Source: an uncultured bacterium
GTDB lineage: Bacteria; SAR324; NAC60-12
Assembly: GCA_964010765.1 (NCBI GenBank)
Contig: CAXGMD010000058.1
Location: forward strand, 1 to 22,478
DNA: 22,478 bases
Direction: 5' to 3'
In this document: piece after piece, positions 15,992 through 22,478 of the stretch
How the letters are laid out: the number at the start of each line of letters is the position of its first letter
How positions within the stretch are numbered: the first letter of the stretch is position 1
Made by a program: the position numbers and the translations under genes
The notes under the pieces: generated by a model
Told to the model about the DNA's origin: nothing
The model's input: only the letters and a program-made list of their open reading frames with translations
Databases searched by the model: none

Positions 15992-17056
15992 TTACTCTTT
16001 CTTTGCTTTTTCAACAGGATTTGCGTCAGGGTCGAAGTTTTCTAGCTTCATTCCCAGCGACAGGTTCATAGCTGACAAAATCGTTTTGATTTCATTGAGC
16101 GATTTGCGCCCAAAATTTTTGGTCCGCAGCATCTCTGCTTCTGTTTTCTGCACCAAGTCTGCGATGGTTTCAATTTTCGCATTCTGTAGGCAGTTGATGG
16201 AGCGAACAGAGAGTTCTAACTCGCTGACGCTGCGATAGAGATTGTCGTTTGTCGGAGCTTCTTCAACATCCAAATCTTCATCTGGTTCAATCCGTTTTTC
16301 CGGATCAAAATTGATGAAGACTTCCATGTGCTCTTTCATGATCTTGGCAGCATAAGCCACACTATCAATCGGATTGACTGCCCCAGAGGTCCAAACTTCC
16401 ATGTCCAGTTGATCTTGCTCCTGCTCATCGATTGTTTGAGTGAAGATCTTATAGTTCACCCTCTTAATCGGCGAATGATTTGAATCCAGGTAGATCACAT
16501 TGACAGGTAGCTCTCGACTTTGGTTTTCTTCGGCTGTCACATACCCTTTATTCATTCGCACATACAGGGTCATGCTCAGTGTTGCGTTCTCTTCCAAGTG
16601 AGCGATCTCACAATCTGGGTTGAGAATCTCAGCCTTATTGAAGGTGGAGATATCTTCACCTCTCAATATACAGGGGCCTTCACCAATCAATTCCAATTCG
16701 ATGATATCATCCTCAAATTGCTGAATATCGAGATTCTTGATATTCAGAATGATCTGGACGACATCTTCAAGGATTCCTGGAAGTTGGGTGAACTCATGTG
16801 CCACCCCTTCAATTTGGACTGCGAAGACCGCGCTTCCACGGATAGAAGAAAGCAATGTTCTTCGCAACATATGACCAATGGTCAGTCCAAAGCCAGGCTC
16901 CAAGGCCTCTACTGCAAAGTGGCCATACTCATTGCTAAGAGTGTCGGCTTCCACCTTGAGGGCTTCTGGCCAAAGCATTTCGCCAACATGAGTGGACAGA
17001 CTTGCTGGGTTTACAGCACTGGCCGCTGGTTCAGTCTCTTGCAGTTCTTCGTTCAT
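15992..17056 (-). CDS. rpoA: DNA-directed RNA polymerase alpha subunit
   Basis: LEPGFGLTIGHMLRRTLLSSI, ELELSVRSINCL, KNFGRKSLNEI. Confidence 0.98.
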   Translation of the reverse strand: MNEELQETEPAASAVNPASLSTHVGEMLWPEALKVEADTLSNEYGHFAVEALEPGFGLTIGHMLRRTLLSSIRGSAVFAVQIEGVAHEFTQLPGILEDVVQIILNIKNLDIQQFEDDIIELELIGEGPCILRGEDISTFNKAEILNPDCEIAHLEENATLSMTLYVRMNKGYVTAEENQSRELPVNVIYLDSNHSPIKRVNYKIFTQTIDEQEQDQLDMEVWTSGAVNPIDSVAYAAKIMKEHMEVFINFDPEKRIEPDEDLDVEEAPTNDNLYRSVSELELSVRSINCLQNAKIETIADLVQKTEAEMLRTKNFGRKSLNEIKTILSAMNLSLGMKLENFDPDANPVEKAKKE

Positions 17057-17104
17057 TTTCTAGTCCGTTGGGAGTACTGGTCAGAGAGACAGGGACGAGC
17101 TCTG

Positions 17105-17491
17105 TCAGATTCGGCGCTGCTTTGGCGGTCGGCAACCGTTATGGGGCACTGGGGTTACATCCTGAATGCTAGTAACACGAACACCCTCAAACCCCGCTAA
17201 AGCACGTAGAGCGGATTCTCGACCCGAACCTGGGCCTTTGACGCGGATCTGAACCTCTTTCAAACCATTATCAATCGCTTTTCGCATCGCGTCTTCAGCA
17301 GCTACTTTGGCAGCAAAAGGGGTGCTCTTGCGTGATCCTTTGAAACCATGAAGTCCCGTGCTCGACCATGAAATGATGTTACCTCGGACGTCTGAGATGC
17401 TGACGATCGTGTTGTTGAACGATGCCTGAATATGAGCAATACCTTGCTCAATATTCTTTTTCTCTTTCTTTTTTCTTTTGACCTTACTCAT
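17105..17491 (-). CDS. rpsK: 30S ribosomal protein S11
   Basis: [35 protein letters not shown]. Confidence 0.98.
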   Translation of the reverse strand: MSKVKRKKKEKKNIEQGIAHIQASFNNTIVSISDVRGNIISWSSTGLHGFKGSRKSTPFAAKVAAEDAMRKAIDNGLKEVQIRVKGPGSGRESALRALAGFEGVRVTSIQDVTPVPHNGCRPPKQRRI

Positions 17492-17525
17492 GAACTGCTC
17501 TTCCTAGAGTTAGACGGAGAGTTAA

Positions 17526-17897
17526 TTATTTTTTCTTGCGGCTGACTGCCAGTTTGCGTGGTCCTTTGCGTGTTCGGGCATTGGTCTTGGTTCGTTGGCC
17601 ACGAACTGGCAGGCCCTTACGATGTCGGAGTCCTCTATAATTTCCCAAGTCCATCAAGCGCTTGATGTTCAGGTTGATTTCCCGACGCAGATCACCTTCC
17701 ACCTGGTATACGCCCTCAATCGCACCACGCAGACGAGCAACTTCTTCATCACTCAACTCCGTTGTCTTGGTATCTCGGTCAATACCTGTGGTAGCGAGGA
17801 TCTTATTCGCCGTTGGACGGCCAATTCCATAAATATACGTCAGCGCAACCTCAATGCGCTTAGCTCTGGGTAAGTCCACACCGGATATTCTTGCCAT
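17526..17897 (-). CDS. rpsM: 30S ribosomal protein S13
   Basis: [28 protein letters not shown]. Confidence 0.98.
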   Translation of the reverse strand: MARISGVDLPRAKRIEVALTYIYGIGRPTANKILATTGIDRDTKTTELSDEEVARLRGAIEGVYQVEGDLRREINLNIKRLMDLGNYRGLRHRKGLPVRGQRTKTNARTRKGPRKLAVSRKKK

Positions 17898-17903
17898 GAT
17901 CTC

Positions 17904-19244
17904 CTAGCGTAAGCGAAGTGTCTGTGCCTGCCCCGGACTACGGCGTTTACGGGTCTTCTTCATGAAGCCATCGTAGTTTTGGTTCAGCAGGAAGGATTCA
18001 ATTTGGTTCACCAAGTCCAGTCCAACACCCACTACAATCAGTAGGGCTGTTCCACCAAACTGGAAGGGAACATTGAAAACAAATAGTAGGATGCTGGGTA
18101 GGATACAGATTATTGACAGATAAACTGCTCCGCCAAACGTTAGCCGAGTCAGTACGGCATTGATATATTCTGCTGTCTTTTTACCTGGACGAATGCCAGG
18201 GATGTAGCCGTTATGACGCTTCATCTCGTCCGCTATCTTGACCGGATTGAATTGAATCGCCGTGTAGAAGAAGCAGAAGAAGAAGATCAGCATCACGAAG
18301 AGCAAAGAGTGTAACAAGCGACCGGGTAACAGTTGGTCACTGATTGCCTGAACCCAAGGCGTCGTTGTGAAACCAGCAATTGTAGCTGGGAACGCCAGTA
18401 TCGAGGAAGCAAAGATGGGCGGAATCACACCAGCAGAGTTAATTTTCAGTGGGAGGTGTGAAGCTTGACCACCATACATGCGATTGCCCTGCATTCGCTT
18501 GGCATACTGTACGGGAATCTTGCGGTACGAAGTCTCGATGAAAACTACAGCGAAGATGACCACAACCATCAGAATTATTGTGATCAGCAATACCAGTATA
18601 GGAATTTGTCCAGCTTGTACCAACTGAATCGCGTTGACGGTTGAGCCTGGTATTTCGGCTACGATTCCGGCAAAGATGATGAGTGAAATACCGTTTCCAA
18701 TCCCACGTTCGTTGATCTGCTCACCAATCCACATCAAGAAGGCCGTGCCTGCTGTCAGCGTAATGATTGTCAACAGTCGGAAGCCCCATGGGTTCATCGT
18801 TGAGATGACCACCGGTGATCCATCTGGAGCAGCCATACTCTCCAAACCAACAGCGATACCAAAGCCTTGAATCAAGCTGAGTAGTATGGTGCCGTAGCGA
18901 GTATAGAGAGTGATTTTCTTACGGCCCGCCTCACCCTCTTTGGAGAGACGTTCTAAGTAGGGGAAGACCACCGTCAGCAACTGCATAATGATCGAAGCAC
19001 TGATGTAGGGCATTACCCCAAGCGCAAAGATCGTCAGACGTGCCAGCGCTCCGCCCGTGAACATGTTGAAGAAGCGAAGGATGGAACCTTGCTGTGCTTC
19101 AAAGAACGCGGTCAGTGCTGTACCGTCGATGCCCGGGGTCGGGATGTGAGCCCCAATCCTGAACACCAGCAGCATGAGGACCGTGAAGATGATTCGGTCT
19201 CGTAGGTCTTCAATTCGGAAGATGTTTCGAACAATTTCAAGCAT
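17904..19244 (-). CDS. secY: Preprotein translocase subunit SecY
   Basis: FALGVMPYISASIIMQLL, GIGNGISLIIFAGI, IPGIRPG, FGGTALLIVVGV. Confidence 0.98.
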   Translation of the reverse strand: MLEIVRNIFRIEDLRDRIIFTVLMLLVFRIGAHIPTPGIDGTALTAFFEAQQGSILRFFNMFTGGALARLTIFALGVMPYISASIIMQLLTVVFPYLERLSKEGEAGRKKITLYTRYGTILLSLIQGFGIAVGLESMAAPDGSPVVISTMNPWGFRLLTIITLTAGTAFLMWIGEQINERGIGNGISLIIFAGIVAEIPGSTVNAIQLVQAGQIPILVLLITIILMVVVIFAVVFIETSYRKIPVQYAKRMQGNRMYGGQASHLPLKINSAGVIPPIFASSILAFPATIAGFTTTPWVQAISDQLLPGRLLHSLLFVMLIFFFCFFYTAIQFNPVKIADEMKRHNGYIPGIRPGKKTAEYINAVLTRLTFGGAVYLSIICILPSILLFVFNVPFQFGGTALLIVVGVGLDLVNQIESFLLNQNYDGFMKKTRKRRSPGQAQTLRLR

Positions 19245-19245
19245 A

Positions 19246-19689
19246 TTAGCCGATGGTCACCGTGCCACCTGCGGCCTGGACCTTCTCAATCGCTGATTCG
19301 CTAGCCAGTTCTACCTCAATCGTCAATTTCTTGGTTAATTCGCCTTCCGCTAATAGTTTAACTGGAATGCTATCTTTCTTGATGAAACCGAGTTCCTCTA
19401 ACTTTGCTCGGTTCACCGTATCCCCACTCACAATTCGCTCATTGGACTCTAGGAAAGCGAGGTTGAGAGGACGGCTGATTACTTTGTTGAGGGGCTTAAA
19501 ACCGAACTTGGGTAACCGACGGCTAATTGCCATCTGGCCACCTTCAAAGCCTCTTTTACTTGAGTAGCCAGCTCTTGATTTTTGACCTTTCTGGCCTTTA
19601 CCACAGGTTTGTCCCCAGTTACTGCCAGGACCGCGGCCAACTCGCTTTCTCTTGCTATTTTTGATGCTTGGCAATTCGTGAAGTTGCAT
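19246..19689 (-). CDS. rplO: 50S ribosomal protein L15
   Basis: RVGRGPGS, GFEGGQMAISRRLPKFGF. Confidence 0.97.
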   Translation of the reverse strand: MQLHELPSIKNSKRKRVGRGPGSNWGQTCGKGQKGQKSRAGYSSKRGFEGGQMAISRRLPKFGFKPLNKVISRPLNLAFLESNERIVSGDTVNRAKLEELGFIKKDSIPVKLLAEGELTKKLTIEVELASESAIEKVQAAGGTVTIG

Positions 19690-19691
19690 AG

Positions 19692-19880
19692 TTATCCTAC
19701 CTCTTCAACTTTAAGCAGATGGTGCACCTTGCGGATCATGCCCCGTACGTTCGGGCTGTTCTCTAACACACGAGAACTATTTGTCTTGCGTAAGCCCAAA
19801 CCGCGAACAGTTGCACGGACTTTTTCGTTGGATCCAATAACACTGCGAACCAGTGTTACTTTGATTTGATTGGCACTCAT
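19692..19880 (-). CDS. rpmD: 50S ribosomal protein L30
   Basis: [11 protein letters not shown]...GLGLRK...[12 protein letters not shown]; position in the spc operon. Confidence 0.96.
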   Translation of the reverse strand: MSANQIKVTLVRSVIGSNEKVRATVRGLGLRKTNSSRVLENSPNVRGMIRKVHHLLKVEEVG

Positions 19881-19882
19881 TT

Positions 19883-20380
19883 TTAGAACCTGATGTGTTC
19901 GACTTCTTTACCTCGACTCCTTGCGACTTCTTCAAAACCACGTAGCTTCAGCAGCGCGTCTATGGTCGCACGAGTTAAATTATGTGGGTTTCGTGAACCC
20001 AAGCATTTCACAGTAATATCAGCAATCCCCACTGATTCCATCACTGCACGCACTGCTGCTGCTGCGATGATTCCATGACCTGGTTCTGCAGGCTTCATCA
20101 GTACAGAACCAGCACCGAAACGCCCAATGATTTCATGGGGAATAGAAGTTCCTTCCAAGCGCACACGCTTCATCTGCTTGGAGGCTTCTGCAACTCCTTT
20201 ACGGATTGCTTCTGTCACCTCATTAGCCTTACCTAGCCCTAGTCCGATTTTACCGGAACCATCACCGACAACTACCAATGCACTAAAGCTGAAACGGCGT
20301 CCTCCCTTAACAACCTTGGCAACGCGATTGACCTTGATCACGCGTTCGATCAGTTCACTTTCGTTTCTTCTCTCACTCAA
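19883..20380 (-). CDS. rpsE: 30S ribosomal protein S5
   Basis: [27 protein letters not shown] start. Confidence 0.97.
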   Translation of the reverse strand: MSERRNESELIERVIKVNRVAKVVKGGRRFSFSALVVVGDGSGKIGLGLGKANEVTEAIRKGVAEASKQMKRVRLEGTSIPHEIIGRFGAGSVLMKPAEPGHGIIAAAAVRAVMESVGIADITVKCLGSRNPHNLTRATIDALLKLRGFEEVARSRGKEVEHIRF

Positions 20381-20401
20381 AGCAGTTTCCTTTATAAAGA
20401 A

Positions 20402-20767
20402 TCAGAAGTTGAGGCCTTCGCTACGAGCAGCTTCGGCCAAGGCCTTAACACGTCCGTGATAAATGAATCCGCCTTTATCGAAGACAACTTGCTCAATGCC
20501 CTTTTCTTTCAGGCGTTGGGCAATATCAGTTCCAATCAGTGTTGCGCTCTCTACTCCATCTTTGTCTGAGAAACGCTCCCGAGCTTCCAATGTTGAGGCT
20601 GCAGCCAACGTATTTTGGCCCAAGTCGTCAATCGCCTGCACATAGATGTGACGTGCTGACTTGAAAACACAGAGTCTTGGTCGTTCTGCAGAACCGCTGA
20701 CTTTTTTCCGAACTCGACGATGGCGTGCTAATCGGGCTTCTCGTTTTTTCTGAGCAATGGACTTCAT
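20402..20767 (-). CDS. rplR: 50S ribosomal protein L18
   Basis: [27 protein letters not shown]. Confidence 0.97.
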   Translation of the reverse strand: MKSIAQKKREARLARHRRVRKKVSGSAERPRLCVFKSARHIYVQAIDDLGQNTLAAASTLEARERFSDKDGVESATLIGTDIAQRLKEKGIEQVVFDKGGFIYHGRVKALAEAARSEGLNF

Positions 20768-20784
20768 GATTACCTGGATCTCAA

Positions 20785-21327
20785 TTATTTCTTACCACTC
20801 TTTCCAGCTTTTCGCAGGATTTGCTCTCCTTCAAACAGGACTCCTTTGCCCTTGTAAGGCTCAGGTGGTCGCATCTGCTTGATCAGTGCTGCAACTTGAC
20901 CTAGCGCCTGCTTGTCACACGATTCGAGAACAATCTGGGTGTTTGCGTTGACCTTCGCATCGACAATATCTGGCAACTCGTATTTGATCGGGTGCGAATA
21001 GCCCAGGTTGAGTTCGAGCGTTTTCCCACTGATCGCAGCTCTGTAACCGACACCAACTAGGCGAAGTTGCTTCTGAAAGCCCGTACTGACTCCGGTGATC
21101 ATATTGTTCAATAGCGAATAGAGTGTCCCCATCTGGGTTCGCGCTATCGTATCCTCCTTATAATCTGCCAGAATCTTGATTTCGTCGTCTTTCTGTTCCA
21201 GTTGCAGCTTTTCGTGCAAGCTGGCTTGCTGCTTCCCTTTTGGTCCAGTCACTAGAATTTGATTCTCGTCAACCTGGATTTTCACAGATTGAGGGACTTT
21301 GATTGGACGTCTACCGATACGTGACAT
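20785..21327 (-). CDS. rplF: 50S ribosomal protein L6
   Basis: [20 protein letters not shown]. Confidence 0.98.
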   Translation of the reverse strand: MSRIGRRPIKVPQSVKIQVDENQILVTGPKGKQQASLHEKLQLEQKDDEIKILADYKEDTIARTQMGTLYSLLNNMITGVSTGFQKQLRLVGVGYRAAISGKTLELNLGYSHPIKYELPDIVDAKVNANTQIVLESCDKQALGQVAALIKQMRPPEPYKGKGVLFEGEQILRKAGKSGKK

Positions 21328-21345
21328 ATGTTCCTCTTTACTGGC

Positions 21346-21741
21346 TCACCATACTTGGCAGAGCACTTCTCCACCAATTTTACGTGAGCGACATTCCTTG
21401 TCTGACATGACTCCATGTGAAGTCGACAGAATCGAAATTCCCTGTCCACCAAGCACCTTCTTCAGATCTTGAGAGCGCTGGTAGGTTCTCAAACCTGGCT
21501 TGCTGACACGCTCAATGTTTCTGATGACTCGTTTACCTTCGTAGTATTTAAGCTGGACTACTAATTCTCTAAACGCACCGCTCGGCATCACTTCATAGCC
21601 AGTGATAAAACCTTCTTCTTTGAGTACATCAAGGACGTGCTGCTTGATCTTTGAATGTGGTACTCGAGTCTCAGCGTGCATTCGCTGATTAGCGTTACGA
21701 ATGCGGGTCAATAAATCAGCAATGGGGTCTGACATAGACAT
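21346..21741 (-). CDS. rpsH: 30S ribosomal protein S8
   Basis: [28 protein letters not shown]. Confidence 0.98.
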   Translation of the reverse strand: MSMSDPIADLLTRIRNANQRMHAETRVPHSKIKQHVLDVLKEEGFITGYEVMPSGAFRELVVQLKYYEGKRVIRNIERVSKPGLRTYQRSQDLKKVLGGQGISILSTSHGVMSDKECRSRKIGGEVLCQVW

Positions 21742-21747
21742 AGCGAA

Positions 21748-21933
21748 TCACCAGCTCGATTTAGTTACACCAGGAATCAAGCCCTGATTGGCCTTGAGAC
21801 GGAAGCAGATACGGCACATTCCAAAGCGGCGCAGATAACCTTTGGGTCGTCCGCAAAAGGTGCAGCGGCTGTAGTTACGTACTTCAAATCGCTGCTTGCG
21901 ATTGCATTTGTTGATTAATGCCTTTTTTGCCAT
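21748..21933 (-). CDS. rpsN: 30S ribosomal protein S14, short zinc-binding type Z
   Basis: 61 aa with CTFC...CRIC and [11 protein letters not shown]. Confidence 0.97.
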   Translation of the reverse strand: MAKKALINKCNRKQRFEVRNYSRCTFCGRPKGYLRRFGMCRICFRLKANQGLIPGVTKSSW

Positions 21934-21936
21934 GAA

Positions 21937-22473
21937 TTACTTTCGGAAAGGGAAGCCCAGACCCTTCAACAAGCTCAGTGCCAGTTGGTCGTTCTGCGCA
22001 GTCGTTACGATGGAGACGTTCATACCCCGAATTCTATCAATCTGGTCGAAGTCAATCTCCGGAAAAATAAGCTGTTCCTTGATTCCCAAATTATAATTGC
22101 CTTTACCGTCAAAGCCTTTGGGAGAAATACCACGAAAATCTTTCACACGAGGAAGGGCAATCTGTACCAATCGATCCAAGAAGCTCCACATTCGCTCACG
22201 GCGCAGTGTCACCATACAACCGATCTGCATTCCCTCACGGAGTTTGAACCCTGCAATGGATTTGCGAGCTCTTGTGACCACAGGTTTTTGACCAACAATC
22301 TGAGCCAGCTGCTCGGCAGCTTGATCAATGGACTTTGGATTTTGGACAGCCTCACCCAGTCCAACATTGACTGTCACCTTAGAAACCTTGGGGATCAGGT
22401 GAACATTTTGGATCGAGAATTCCTCTTTCAGCTGAGGAGAAACTGTCTCTGAATAGAGTTGTTGCAGGTTCAC
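21937..22473 (-). CDS. rplE: 50S ribosomal protein L5
   Basis: [42 protein letters not shown] start. Confidence 0.98.
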   Translation of the reverse strand: MNLQQLYSETVSPQLKEEFSIQNVHLIPKVSKVTVNVGLGEAVQNPKSIDQAAEQLAQIVGQKPVVTRARKSIAGFKLREGMQIGCMVTLRRERMWSFLDRLVQIALPRVKDFRGISPKGFDGKGNYNLGIKEQLIFPEIDFDQIDRIRGMNVSIVTTAQNDQLALSLLKGLGFPFRK

Positions 22474-22478
22474 GGCTT

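Noticed and set aside
13488..22452. Numerous plus-strand ORFs opposite the ribosomal operon (e.g. 16520-17200, 15768-16238, 21985-22452)
   Set aside because: Antisense shadows of conserved genes with no recognisable motifs.
1..22478. CRISPR array, tRNA or rRNA genes
   Set aside because: No regularly spaced repeat-spacer units or tRNA/rRNA signatures were seen in any intergenic region.

Overview
Bacterial chromosomal window with three zones. (1) About 1-3270 is an AT-rich, decaying accessory patch. It holds a DUF3223/DCL-like gene with an apparent C-terminal HNH-type nuclease motif and a divergent AbiJ-like PD-(D/E)xK nuclease gene. That second gene is broken by a complete 1024-bp IS630-family element (TA duplication, imperfect terminal inverted repeats, A7 frameshift site, premature stop), by a frameshift and by a 3' truncation that joins it to an unrelated gene remnant. 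(2) About 3277-12845 is a mixed region of roughly 50% GC: a HAD-like/degenerate nucleoside-kinase fusion, a WcaJ-type priming glycosyltransferase, a FimT/GspH-like pilin, DUF790, glutathione peroxidase, a type III polyketide synthase, a FemAB-like GNAT, a DtxR/MntR regulator and a long intergenic hairpin. (3) 12846-22473 is a minus-strand run rplE-rpsN-rpsH-rplF-rplR-rpsE-rpmD-rplO-secY-rpsM-rpsK-rpoA-rplQ-rimO-yebC-ruvC, lacking adk, map, infA, rpmJ and rpsD. The best candidate for an undescribed system is the divergent nuclease pair at the left edge, a putative defence locus. Family assignments come from motif recognition by eye, not database searches. A deltaproteobacteria/SAR324-like origin is only an impression.
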